Shown piece after piece: positions 33,365 through 47,145 of a stretch of DNA of 64,000 bases. The stretch is from NCBI GenBank assembly GCA_050613775.1, contig JBODTK010000140.1, positions 124,001-188,000 on the forward strand, written 5' to 3'. The stretch is from Neocallimastix sp. 'constans'. Its lineage: Eukaryota. The position numbers and the translations under genes are program-made. The notes below the pieces were generated by a model. The model saw nothing but the letters and a program-made list of their open reading frames with translations. It did no database searches and was not told the origin of the DNA. Numbering within the stretch: position 1 is the stretch's first letter; the number at the start of each line of letters is the position of its first letter.

Positions 33365-33606
33365 GTTTACTTACAGTCTTTCCAATTTTAACCTGGTGGT
33401 TAATACTTAATGTTTCCTACAAACGCCTTTTTAATTTATATAGGTTATTTTCACCCTACCCTAGGTTTTCCCTATAAATTAATCTGGAAGTTCGCTCTAC
33501 ATGGTAAGTATTATTTATATAATATCTCGGACTAGCAAATTTAGGTTTTACTAACAGTATATATAAATAATATATATGGTATTGTGCAAAAGAAGGGTGC
33601 CATATG
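33365..33606. other. GC-enriched structured intergenic island, candidate ncRNA of unknown class
   Basis: Several nested inverted repeats in an otherwise nearly AT-only spacer; no recognisable protein product. Confidence 0.3.
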
Positions 33607-35050
33607 TATTTATATAGATATATACAAAGCTTTTTTTTTTTAAAAAAAAAAAAGAAAAAAAAGATAAACTTATAAATTATTAAATATTTTATAATAACCA
33701 TAATATAATGATAAAAAAAAAATAAATATGAAAAAAAATATATAAAGAAAATAGTACTTTAAAAGCATGATTGACATTTTTATAAGTATTTTTTATAATA
33801 GTAAATATCATTTAATTAAACGAATTTTATTAAAAAGCATATATTTATTAATTAGTTCAGTTTAGTTTATTATTTAGTAATATTAAGTTGATAATGCTTA
33901 AGTAATATAGTTTGTCTAAATAACATAAAAAGAAAAGCAATAACAAATCTATATATATAAATATATATATATCAAAAAAATAGTATATCATAGAAAAAAA
34001 ATATATATATATCAAAAAATATTATATCAAAATATAAATATATAAAAAAAATATATATATATATATAACAATAAAGGTAATATAAACTAGAATTTTTAAT
34101 GTGTATCTGGTATTACACTTTTAAGTTAACAAATAAAAGTAAATAAACTATTATTAAAATCCTTTATTTTTTTATGTTTTTTTTTTAAAGTAAAAACATG
34201 GTTAATTGTTGTACAAGGTCCATGTAATGTATAGGATCATTTCAACAATTTAATTATTAATTTTATTTGATAATAAAATTGTCCAAAAAAAATATCTTTA
34301 ACTTCGAAAAATAATAATTAAATAATAATTATAATAAAATTAAATAAAAAAATTAAAATAATTAAAAAAATAATTATAAATCAAATATATTTAAATATTA
34401 ATAAAAATTTTAATATTTATTATATGATTTTCATATGCCTTAATATTTTATATTATAACATATTAAAATCTTTTTCTTTTTTTTAAAAAAAAAAATAGAT
34501 ATAAAAAAAAATAAAAATAAAATAAAATAAAATAAAACTATTAAATTAAAACTTTATTTTATATTATTTATTGATTCTGAATAAAATATATTTATACTTT
34601 TTTATTTGTTTCTTATTGTTATTATTTAAAATGTACTAGTGGAAGAGATTATTTATGAAAATATCTGAATAATTTTAATAATTACATTTCATTTAATAAA
34701 TTAAAATATATATACATATTTAATGAACCATTAATTTATATAAAGATATTTTTTTAAAAAAAAATTATATTGATTTAAAGAATTTTTTTTATATTGATAT
34801 TTATATATATAAATATATAATTATAAAAAAATAAAATTTTCTTTATCTTTTTTTTTTTTTTTTATTTTTTTTTTGTAATTTATTAATAACTTGTTGATTT
34901 TGTTGATTATATAATTAATTGTAATTTTATAATTTTTACCTTTATATAATACACATATATATATTAAAGAAGCTAATAAATAATAAATAAATATATAAAT
35001 ATATAAAAATAATATCAATTTTACAATTTCATTTGGAGACATAATGTTAG

Positions 35051-35081
<31 letters not shown>

Positions 35082-35744
35082 TTATTGAATCTATAAATAT
35101 TAAAATTATATATATTTCATATTTTTTCTTATTGAATTTTTAAAAAATACCTAGTATATATTATTATGGTACATTTAAATATATAAATATTACAATCTCT
35201 AAGCAAATATGAAAATAAGGTAATTAATATTGTATATGAATTTATTATTATTAATGTACATCATATCATATCATATAGAAAAATATTGTAATATTTGACT
35301 TTTTTCTTTTTTGTAAATTTATTAAACAAAATATTCATATATTTAAAAGTATTTTATTAATAACATTACTTTTACTAATAAGTATGTATCTTCATAATAT
35401 TTATTATCTCCTTTTGAATAATTTTTTTTTTTAAAATATATAGAAAAAATATCAACATATATAATATTTTCTTATGAGATTTCTTTTCATTATTTTATTT
35501 TATCTGAGTCATTTTCTTCAATTAAAATAAATTAATAATAAAATATTAATGAAACCTAATGATTTAATGATTTAAATCTGACAAAAGAAGAAGAAGAAGA
35601 AGAAGAAGAAAAAAAAAAAAAAAGGTATGATTGTTTACCTTTTTACCATAAAATATATATTATTTTAAAAATTGTAAAAAATATTTATTTATTTATTTTA
35701 TTATTCATTTTTACCTTTTTAATTCTTATATTTTTATTTTTAAG

Positions 35745-35777
<33 letters not shown>

Positions 35778-36276
35778 ATTTTATTTTTTATTTGCATATT
35801 TATATCTTATTATATTTTATATTATTATTATTATTATTATTATAAATGAAAATTTAAAAAAAAAATTGATTAATAAATAAAAATGCTATATAATTTATAT
35901 ACAAAAGATAGGATTAGAAACTCTTTATTATTATTTTATCTAATTGAAAAAAAAAAAAAAAAAAAAAAAAGCTTTTTTATTACTAATTTTATATATTATT
36001 TTTAATAAATCATTTTATCATTTATTGAAATTAATATAAAAAAGTGTATATATATATAATCATAATATAAATTAATAAATAAATAAATATGAAAAATATT
36101 TTTATATAATAAAAAAATATTGAATAAGTTAATGAAATAATGAACAATAAAAGGAATATATATTATATTATATATATGATTATATTTGCTATTCTTTAAT
36201 TTTTCATTATAATATATATTTCAGTGACTTTTTTTTTTTTTTTTCAATTTTTTTTTCTTATAAGCGTTATTAAAAT

Positions 36277-36332
<56 letters not shown>

Positions 36333-36559
36333 CCTTCAAAATATTGATAATATTGATAATATTTATATATATAATTATAAATTATCTATTATATAATATT
36401 ATATTAAAAAAAAATATTAATATTATTACTGATTATTGACTATTTTTATTTTTATTTTTATTTTTTTAAGCCCTTTTTTTTTTCCCATATAATACAAAAA
36501 TACTGACTTTTTTTTTTTTTTCTAATTTCTATTTTCATTTTCTTAAATTTGAAAAAAAA

Positions 36560-36599
<40 letters not shown>

Positions 36600-36627
36600 T
36601 AAAAGACTAATGGATAGCTTCTATTTT

Positions 36628-39600
36628 TTAATTTTCTTTCTTTATTTCTGTTATTTGTTTTTTAGCAAAGTTTATAAATATTTGTTCTAATGAACATTGA
36701 CTGAAGGTATAATCGATAATTGAACCATTAGCTTTACATTCTTCCATTATTTTAAATACATAACCAAGGTTACTTTTCATTGAAACTACATATTTCACAC
36801 GATTAGCAGAAAATTTTTCTATAGTATACTTATTATTATTAAAAAGATTAGCTTTTTCAATAATTTCATTATGGAATTCATCAATATTCTTTGCTTGCAA
36901 TTCAAGAACATAACCCTCACCAAATTTCATTTTTAAATGTTCTGGTGCGCCAATACATGTTAAACGACCATTAATTAAAATTGCAAGACGATCGCAAAGT
37001 TTTTCAGCTTCTTCCATGGAATGAGTCGTTAAAATTAAGGCGGATTCATTAATCTTTTTAGTATCATTAATGACATTCCAGACATAACGACGTGTCGATG
37101 GATCCATACCAGCCGTTGGTTCATCCAATAAAATTTGTTTTGGATAACCACATATGGCAATTAAAAGTGAGAGCTTACGCTTGGTTCCACCACTCAAAGT
37201 AATCGTCGATTTATTTTGATGATCTTCTAATCCACAGGCATTAATGAATTTGGTAGCATATTCAGATGCTTCGGCTTTATTGTAGCCACGAATTCGGAGG
37301 AAGAGCTCAATATGTTCACGAAGAGTTAATTGTTTCCAGAGAATATTAACTTGTGGACAGTAACCAATTGAAAGTTCACCTAAAGCAGTAGTATGAATTT
37401 CCTTACCGTAGAAACAAACTTTACCAGTAGTTGGTGAAATAGAAGAGGTAATCATATTTAGCGTTGTTGTCTTACCAGCACCATTTGGACCTAAAAGACC
37501 AAAACATTCACGAACTCTCACTGTAAAATTGATATCAAGAACAGCCGTCTGCACCAACTTCTTTTTGTTGAATATGGATGGATGGATATCACCATATTCG
37601 AAATTTTCTTGACTTCTTTCCAACATTTCCTTCTTTTCTTCAGCATTCAATTTAGCCCTGGTATCATATTCCTTACTGAGATGAAGAACACTAATTGGTA
37701 GTTCATCTTGATGTTTGTAAGCAAACTTTGCTTCATCATTAACATCTTCATCCCCTTCTTCCAAAAGTTCTTCATACTTTCTTCTTAGCTTTGATGGAAA
37801 TTGACGAATGTCAGCAGTAAGATTTTGACTTTTAATATCACATCTAACCCAAAGAATAAAGTAAACAAAAATGAGTACTACAAGAGTAATAAGAACAGGA
37901 AGAAAACCATTTCTAAACTTAAAGAACGTTCCGAAACTAAGCCTATAATGATATAACGTTTCATAAATACGCATAGTATACAGTGAATTAGTAATAGAAA
38001 CAATACCATAAGCTGGAAATAATGCAGTTAAAACAACACTAAGAATTATATAATAATAGTTATAGAGAACGTCATCTTCAATAATATTTTCAGCAATACG
38101 ATCCATAGTACAAATAGTAAATGAAACAATGTAACCGAAAATAACCGGATAAATATTAATCATTGACATAACAGAGTAAGCCGTTTCTTCCTTATTGAAT
38201 ACAAAATTCCAAATGTATTGGTAAATAATTGTTGGAAGACACCAGATGATGACCGAAATTATGACAAGGAGAATGACCCAAACGTTTAATAATGGCTGGA
38301 ATTGGACAATAATACCTGCAATAACAATTAAAATACAAGTTAAAACGCTAACAGAATAATCTGCAATAAGAGTTGAAATCCAATAATTTATACGGTAGAC
38401 ACCATTAATTTGAAGTTGTTGTAATAAGAGATTTACTCTTTCGCGTACAACTAATGGTCCAAATTTGTTCATGCAACTAATGATACAGCCACCAATTAAA
38501 AGAGCGGCAAACATTAAAGCGACTTGAGAAAGAATTTCATTTTTTTGATTGTACGGACGAGAAGATATTATAATTGAATCAGAAATATTTCTTGCAGAAA
38601 GTATTGCATTACTAATAGCATTAATTGTTACTGGTATAGAATGAGTCATAGTATCGTTATAATGAATGTTAATAATATATTTATTATCTGTCTTTTGGCC
38701 ACTGAAAGAAGAAACATAATATGGATCATTATACTCTGGATATGGAATACTATTAACATCGTTATTTGTCATATGAGATTGATTCTTACCTAAAGTTCTC
38801 TCAAAGTTATCATTAGTGAGATCAATATTTGAATTTTTCGTATCATAGTTGAGAAAAGAATCACTATATATTTCGTTCATGGTCATTTCCTTTGAATCAA
38901 AGTATGAAGTTTTATTATTGAAGATATTGTTCACAAGAAAGAAACAAAAACCAGCAATTAAGATAGGATAAAGAATAGATGAAGTAGCAAAACTTTTATT
39001 CTTCAAGAAGATCTTTAATCTATATTCAATAAGACATTTAATTATACTAAATTGTGATGGACCTTGAACATGTTTTAATTCTGGTAATTTATCTTCATTC
39101 GTTTGAATTAAAATTTGATCTGACCCAGAATGTTGACCGGCATCTTCCGGATGATTAGTTTCATCTCCTAAACGAATAAAAAGCTCTTCAAGAGTTGGCA
39201 TAGATAAAGCAAATTTCTTAACTAGAGTTTCATCACCACCTAATGATTGGTTTTCTAATTCATCGAAGAGTGGCTTAAAATTTGAGGTTCCATTTAAAGG
39301 TAATTTCCAGATGTGAACCTTAACTAAACCATCTTTTGTCATACTTCCTTCCGTTGGAACGTAGACTGCCTTTGGAACATGATGTATAATAATTTTTTCA
39401 ATGGCATCTTTATCGACAGATTCAACATTTAATTCATAGTTTATCTTAAAATGATTTTTAAGATAAAGACTAGTACCAAGACAACGAATCTTACCTTCAA
39501 TAAGAATTAATTTACGATCAGCTATAATATCTGCTTCATCCATGTAGTGAGTGGTTAAGAAGATAACTCTTCCTTCTTTTTTTCTATTCAATAATTCCCA

Positions 39601-41595
39601 AATCTTTCTTCGTGAAAGTGGATCTAAACCAGTAGTTGGTTCATCTAAAAAGATGTATTTTGGATTACCAACAATAGCTAAAGCGATACAAAGTTTACGC
39701 TTTTGACCTCCACTTAACTTTGACGCCTTTTTATTCTTTTGATCTATAAGATCAACTTCCTTTAAAATCTCATCTACATTAACTTCAGTATTCTTAATAC
39801 TACCATAAATATTAATATGATCTTCAACAGTAAGTTCATCAAAAATAATATTATTTTGTGGACAGACACCAAAGTTTCTACGAATTTTATTAAGATCTGA
39901 ATTAAGACTCATACCATCATAGTAAACATCACCTTGATAACATCTTATAAGACCAATCATAATATTCAAAAGTGTAGATTTACCAGCACCATTAGGTCCT
40001 AAAATACAAAAGATTTCATTTTGATATACCTTAAAAGAAACATCATTTACAGCTAAATAATCAACAGTCTTTGTAACTTCTTTTTGTTCGCCTTCTTCTA
40101 ATACTATTTCATTGACATTCTTTTGATATATTTTATTAACACGACTAACTTCAACAAGGCATTTTTCTCCATTTTGGGCATTATAGTCTTCTTGAATATC
40201 TTTTTCATAGGTAATCTCATTATTCGTTTGTAAATCAGTTGTTTTTTTCTTTGAAGGAAAAATATATCTTGAATATTGACCCATAGAAAGGTTATCAAAA
40301 AAAACCGCTAAAATAAAGTAAACAATATTATTGATAACAAGAATACCTAAATAAATTCCAGCATCACTCTTAAAGATATTACTAAAATTAAGTTTTTTAT
40401 AATGATATTCCATTTGATCAGCCTCGAAAATAAAGGAACCAATAGCAAATTGAGAGAAAATAAAAGACGTAATTATCTTAGCTAATTTACTGAAGTAGGC
40501 TAAAGCGATATTGAACACACAAAGAGAAAATCCAATAAGACCAACTACAGTACCAGCAGTTCTAAACTTTGTAAAGAAAGTTGTAAAAAGAAAAGCAAAA
40601 GAACAGCAACTTAATCCATATAAAAGTAATACAATAAACATAATAACTGGGTTGACGTTTTCAAAGCATTTCATAATTAAAAAAAAAATTGTGATGATTA
40701 CTGAAACAACAAATACAATAACAGCATAAATAATTTCCCATGAAAGCCAGAAAATGGATGGATGAAGACCAGCAATGATTAAACCCTCCTTTATACCTTT
40801 TTCCTTCTCCTTAACAAGATAGGTTACAATTAATATTAATGGAGCAAAAAATATTAAGGCAATATAAGTAGCTATAATACCACTAGTAGATTTACAACCG
40901 TTATATTCACTAGCAGCTTTACCTAATTTTCCTAAATTTAATTTCATTGAAAACGTATCATCATTAGTTTTTAAGCGTATAAGAGCTTGATTAACTGCAG
41001 CTTGAACGGGAGCAAATATTGCAAAATACTTATCAGCTTCTGTTTTTTGATTACTTTCCACTAAATGACGACCCTCAGCATAATTAATAATTGCTTGTGT
41101 GTATGGATCTGGTGCTGAAGTATCATTTACACGAAGTGTATAATGAAGATAATCATCACTATTGAATACTACACTGGCAACAAGTAAATTTTTATAATCA
41201 TCATAATATTCATCTATTTTATCTTCATTTTCAAAAATAATTGGTTTTACATTGGCGAATATTTCATTATTCATAATTTTATCAACAATTTTTGAATTTT
41301 TATTATTATTTGGTAAAACAAATCCAATCAATGGTTCGGATTCTTTATATAATGATGTTGTAGAATATTTGGTAAAGATACCATTAACATCAGTTGCTTC
41401 CTCTGGATCTTTATTATTGAATTTTTCCGTAATAGACACCCTATCAACAAAGTCTTTTATATAAATATTAATATATAATATTTAAAAATTAATATATTAA
41501 AATTATATTATTTTTTTTTAAAAAAAAAAAAAAAAAAATTTAAAATAAAAACAAATAAATATATGCTTTAATTATTTCTAAAAAGAATATAATGA

Positions 41596-41664
<69 letters not shown>

Positions 41665-42167
41665 TAATAATAATAAACATATTTTTAATATATATTTATT
41701 TATACTTTCATATCTTTTTTATATGAGAACTTTTTATATTAAAATATCAAAATAATAAAAATTGATATTACCTATTAAATTTATAATAATTTATAACACT
41801 ACTTATATCTTTATTCAAAATATATTTAAAAATAAATATTAAAATTCTTTCTGTATTTTATTGAATACTTACAGGCCAATAAAACCACTATTATTGGAAA
41901 TATTATTTCTAGTATTAAATTACTCAAAGAATCCTTTTTAGTTAGGAGATTCCTCCTAAGCATAGCCTTCAATTGGCTTGAATATAATCCCTTATTACAT
42001 TAAATAATAATTTATTAATAAAATAAAATAATTATTTTTAATTTTTTATATTAGAAAATATATTCATTAATTCCTTTGTTCTTATATATATAAATAATAT
42101 TATTATTAAAACTAAAAGTAATACATTTTTGTATATAATTCCAATTAAGATATAGTAAAATTACCAT
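36628..42167 (-). CDS. ABC transporter, subfamily A (full-size TMD-NBD x2), 3 exons
   Basis: Two NBDs (GPNGAGKST/LSGGQKRKL/LDEPT and GPNGAGKTT/LSGGTKRKL/LDEPT). ABCA N-terminal exon QLKAMLRRN...LEIIFP (~41873-41991). Likely ATG-only first coding exon 42165-42167; main exon starts ~41453. Confidence 0.95.
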
Positions 42168-42486
42168 TTTAGATTATATATTTTAATATTATTTTTTTTT
42201 CAAAACAGGGTAATAATAATTTGTTTATTTATATTTTAATTAATTTATTTTTAAATTATTACTGCTTTATTACTTATTTTTAATGCTTGCTATATAATTA
42301 TTTTTACTAACATTTATTATAATTTTTTGTTTTAAAATACTTTATTAAATTTATCGCTATTATTTTATTATTATTAATATTTAAATTAATAATAATAATT
42401 AACTTTTATTATATAAACATATATATTTATTTTTTTTTTTAATTATATTTTCTTTTTTAAATTGAGTGAGATATAATAATAATAAT

Positions 42487-42523
<37 letters not shown>

Positions 42524-43477
42524 TTTAATATAAAGAGAAAAAAATACAATTTTTAGAAATTTATATAAATTATATTAATTTATTTATAATCTTGCTTTAA
42601 TAAATTTACTTCATTACATTAATATTTTTTTAAATTATATTAAAATATGAACAATACATAAATTGATAATAAAATTATAATATTCGTTCATGAAATTTTA
42701 ATAATATATTAAAATTTTTATTTTTAATTGAATAACTTTTTATTAGTATAAATTTATAATCATTCAATTATAATCTTTTTTTTTTTAATATTAGGAATAT
42801 TAAATTTAGAACATAATAAATAAAAAAAAAAAATAAATTAAAAATAATTGACAAGTTTAATTACTACCATATTACAAAATATATTATTTTATACAAAAAA
42901 AATGATAATAAATTGGTATAAAATGAAAATAAAAAACTTTAATTATTGATAAATTATTTTATTAATAATTACATAAAATAAATTAATAAATCATTAAATT
43001 ATCACTTGATTAACTATCATATGATTTATATCTTGATCTTGATGGGTGCATTACTTAATTTTCACGTGATATATATAAATATGTGGCTTTAGCAATATTA
43101 TGCTATATAATATTATTTTATTAAATTATTTTGTTACTTCAATTTTTAAATTAATTATTAAGTGAATAATTAAATAAATCACATAATGGTTAGATTTTGA
43201 TTCTAATTCTTTTATTTAAATGTTATTAATAAAAAATTTTATAAAAATATATATGTAATTAATAATATAAATGTTACTAAAATAGTTCTTTCATTTAATT
43301 GTTATTAAAAAAAATAATAATTATAATGATAAAATTATTAATTTTACATTATATTTGAATATTTATTTAAACTGTATAAATTTAATGAGCTTTATAAATT
43401 AAATTTTTGAATGACAGAATTTTGATTATTTCGTTTGGTCATTCCTCATTTCTTAATTATTTATTATAAAGTAATAT

Positions 43478-44700
43478 TTATATTATATTATTTAAATCAG
43501 TTAAACAATTAAACCACAAATTAATAATATTATTCCTACCACATTTAGTATCAATTAACTTGGTTTCAATATTTTTGTAGCGTTCAATTAAGACACTGAT
43601 TTCATTAGCTTTATTTATTGCTCTTTTTTTTATTTTCCAAATTCCTCTTATTTTTCTTTGATAATCATAATATGATAAATGTTCAAGTTCATTTAATTTA
43701 ACTATTAATTCATAAAAAGATGGTTTTGTTAGAAATAAATTATTTAAATAATTATTGAGTAATTCTGAGGCATTGTTTGCTATATGTTCCATATTATTAT
43801 AATAATTCCATATCATAATCAACTAAATATGTTTTATAAAATTATTCTAAAAATTTTAAAAATTGATAATAATTTTTTTTAATGGATCTAATTTTAATTA
43901 TAACGTAAGTATCAAATATATATTCAGGATTCATAAATGGTAAATTTGAAATAGCTTTATAATAAATAAATATATTATTATCATTTTTCACTTCATTATA
44001 GCATAATTTATTTTTTTTTAATTTCTAGTTATTTTTTATAATGCCAAATGCAGTATTTAATATTCGTATTAGGAAATATTGTTTTTGCTGCTTTAGATAT
44101 ACCCTTTCAAAATCACAATTCAATTTTTTTGGTTCAATTATAATATTATTGTTATATGTATTAGCATTTTTTTTAATTTTTCAAATAATATTTTATATGA
44201 TTCTTGTTCTTTATTTTTTAATATTGCAAAAGAATTAGTGTAAAAACCATCTAATTCTTTAGCATAAATTCTTGTAATAAATATTTAATAACTAAATTTA
44301 GGGGCAATAAAAAATGGTACCATTAACAAATATATCATCATTATATTCCCTAAATAATTTTGCTCGAAAAGGGGATTGAAAAATAATTAAATTAGAATTT
44401 TTGAATATCTTAAAAATTTCGGTTTTTTTTTATTCCAAAAGGAATTAAACTTTTTTCAATTCCATCTTTAATTTTATGTTTCATTATAGATAAAGATACA
44501 TCTTATTCTTTTTCAGGATGATTATGTGAACTATTATATTTTAAGATTTCTTTCTTATCAATTCAAATAATAAAAGATTTACATTTATTTTTTTTATATT
44601 CGGTACATTTATAAACTTTGGAATTATCTTTTCTTATATATGAAAAATTAAATTTATTTTTTTTATTAATAATAATTTACTCTTTTCCTTTGTTAGACTC
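43478..44700 (-). mobile_element. Degenerate Mutator/MULE transposase remnant
   Basis: DIFVNGT (decayed DGTF, ~44320), CDFEKGISKAAKTIFPNTNIKYCIWHY (~44040-44120) and WNYY...IANNASE; frameshifted. Confidence 0.8.
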
Positions 44701-44837
44701 ACTTACATCAATAATTAGATTTTCTTTCATTTCTATATTTTATAAATATTTTTTAATTATATAATTAAAAATTAAAAATTATTATATTAATTATCCAATA
44801 TTATTTTTAATATTAATTTTGAAAAATTAGTTTTTCA

Positions 44838-45080
44838 ATTATTTGTAAAATAAATAAATAAATAAATAATAAAGGATGTAATATAAGTATATAAAATAAA
44901 ATAAAATAAAATAAAATAAAATAAATAGTAGAAATATTAATATAAAGTACAGATAGAATAAAATAAAATAAAATAAATAGTAGAAATATTAATATAAAGT
45001 ACAGATTGAATAAAATAAAATGAATAGTAGAATATGAATAAATTTTTTTTATTTTAATTTATATACTTATATTACATTCT

Positions 45081-45115
<35 letters not shown>

Positions 45116-45140
45116 TACATTTATTTTTTTTACAAATAAT
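44838..45140. mobile_element. Foldback/MITE-like element with long terminal inverted repeats and internal tandem units
   Basis: ATTATTTGTAAAA...ATGTAATATAAGTATATAAA on the left is the reverse complement of TTTATATACTTATATTACAT...TTTTACAAATAAT on the right. Internal repeats of AGTAGAAATATTAATATAAAGTACAGAT. No clear TSD. Confidence 0.6.
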
Positions 45141-45622
45141 GGTATTAAATTTTTTTATAGCGTTAGAAAAATTTTTTACAAGCCATTAAAAATAAATGGC
45201 GTATTGAAAATTTGTATTATTAAAATTGGAGAAATACACCACATTCGATCATGATATGGGTGACTTTTATGTACAATAATTTATAAGCAGTGAGTTTTTT
45301 TAAATAATGGTTATTTAGTAAAAATTTTTTAATAAAATTATAATATTCGTACAATTAAAATAATAATTCTTATTTCTAAAAATTTACAAGAGAGTTCTCT
45401 ATTTCTAATATAAATAATTTAATCTATTTATAAGAAATAGGTAATATATTAATTATATATTCTAATATAAAGAACTATATAAATTTTATATGAATTAAAG
45501 TATTATAATTATTATAATTGTAATAATACATATTGAAATAAAATAAAATAATTATTAAAAAGATATAAATTTAATATTTAATAATTATTACTAAATATAC
45601 AAATATGACTACACATATTATT

Positions 45623-45946
45623 TGTTAAAAATAAAGTTTAATATTTTAATTAAGTCTTGTATAATTAAGATTTACTTATTTATTAAATTAAATATGTTTT
45701 TCATTATTTTGTATAATGTAAAATATTATGAGGCGTATTAATGATGTACATCATATATTTACAATTATAACTAATATAGTTAAATTAAATTTTATTAATG
45801 TATATACATTTAAGGATTATGATAATTAATCCTATAATATAAAATATTACTAAAAATATATAGTTATTAAAATAATAATAAAAATAATAAAAATAAATAA
45901 AGTGATCACATATCAAAAACTAAAATTTAATAACATAATATTCAAA
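45623..45946 (+). repeat. 5' LTR
   Basis: TGTTAAAAATAAAG...ATATTCAAA; matches 51790-52113 with one C/T difference seen by eye. Confidence 0.95.
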
Positions 45947-45960
45947 GATTAAGAGTCTCA
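45947..45960 (+). promoter_or_regulatory. Primer-binding site complementary to the tRNA-Lys(CUU) anticodon arm
   Basis: GATTAAGAGTCTCA is the reverse complement of TGAGACTCTTAATC, the anticodon stem-loop of eukaryotic tRNA-Lys(CUU); it abuts the LTR. Confidence 0.8.
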
Positions 45961-46095
45961 AATTAGCTCCAGCATATAAAAGCTAGTTTATAAATCTCAA
46001 AAATAAATTACATTATAATAAAACAAAAAGAAATTGAAATTTCGAAATCTCAAAATTCAATTTAATTAAATCTTAATTTTTAAAATTCTAAAACA

Positions 46096-47145
46096 ATGGA
46101 AGATAAAGCGTTCAACATTTTAAGTAATAAAAAACTTACCGTGGAAACCTATCCACTTTGGGCTTCAGATATGGATCTAATATTAACTGCTAATGAATTA
46201 GATCAATATATCTACGAAGATAATATGAAGAAAATTGCCAACAACGCTGAAAATTTCGAATCCTTAAAGGGTATGAAAATTAGAGGAACTGATACTTATT
46301 ACCATAAATCAGTCACAACGAAAATGATAGTTGGTGACAGCAAAGCAAAAAGATATATTAGTATGAATTTAGAAAACGAAATTAAATTAAGTATAGATTT
46401 CAAGAATAGTTCCGCATACGGCATATGGAAATTGCTAAAGAAAACTTTTACCAAAGGCAATGAAGAAATGAAGTTACAATTAAACGAAAAGCTGGAGAAC
46501 ATGACTTACGATAAATCCACAGACATAGGAATTTTTATAGCCAACATGGAAATTACCTTCGACAAATTAAAGAAACTTGGGGAAAATGTGAACGATGAAA
46601 GAAAATTCAATTATTTATATAATGCTATCCCATCCGATATTGCCCAATTAACAAATTTACTTGGTTTTCAGAATGATTGGAATGGATGTTGTAATATGCT
46701 AAAAACATCAATTCCAAGAATAAAATTTTTGAATACTTTAAAAATTAAACAAGAAAAGGCTAAGGTATTCAATAATGAAGTAAGAATTAATGAAAGTAAC
46801 AGTAGAAATAAACAAAATAGAAAGCGCAGTAAAAGAAATATCAGATGTCATAATTGTGGCGGATTTGGTCATATATCACGTGAGTGTCTCAAAAATGGAA
46901 GAATACACGGAGGTGTGGTGTACGATAAATACGGTAAAGCACATTATAAAGAAAAAAAGATAAAACATCAAAAACATGCCGATAATGTAGAAATAAATGA
47001 CCAAGAAGAAGAATCAGATAGATATGTTGATATTTACAGTAATGCATTAAATATGGATTATAATGATGAAAGGGAAGAAGGTCAATCTAACTGTGTTACA
47101 ACAGAAAACACAGAGAATAAAAACAATATTAAAAATTTTCATTAA
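46096..47145 (+). CDS. gag: Copia Gag
   Basis: 349-aa ORF; UBN2-like SAYGIWKLLKKTF; zinc knuckle CHNCGGFGHISREC. Confidence 0.92.
   Translation: MEDKAFNILSNKKLTVETYPLWASDMDLILTANELDQYIYEDNMKKIANNAENFESLKGMKIRGTDTYYHKSVTTKMIVGDSKAKRYISMNLENEIKLSIDFKNSSAYGIWKLLKKTFTKGNEEMKLQLNEKLENMTYDKSTDIGIFIANMEITFDKLKKLGENVNDERKFNYLYNAIPSDIAQLTNLLGFQNDWNGCCNMLKTSIPRIKFLNTLKIKQEKAKVFNNEVRINESNSRNKQNRKRSKRNIRCHNCGGFGHISRECLKNGRIHGGVVYDKYGKAHYKEKKIKHQKHADNVEINDQEEESDRYVDIYSNALNMDYNDEREEGQSNCVTTENTENKNNIKNFH

Noticed and set aside
33486..33497. GGAAGTTCG as RNase P/MRP CR-I
   Set aside because: No complementary P4 strand or CR-V in the required order.
33495..33511. Minus-strand ATACTTACC resembling the U1 snRNA 5' end
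   Set aside because: No U1-70K loop (GATCANGAAG), U1A loop (ATTGCAC) or Sm site downstream; it is simply the complement of a 5' splice-site-like sequence.
34204..34250. Hairpin containing ATAGGATCATTTC, like U3 snoRNA box A
   Set aside because: No box A' upstream and no C'/B/C/D boxes downstream. The hairpin is real but unassigned.
45946..45960. tRNA-Lys gene on the minus strand
   Set aside because: Only the anticodon arm matches, with no acceptor, D or T arms; explained as the PBS.
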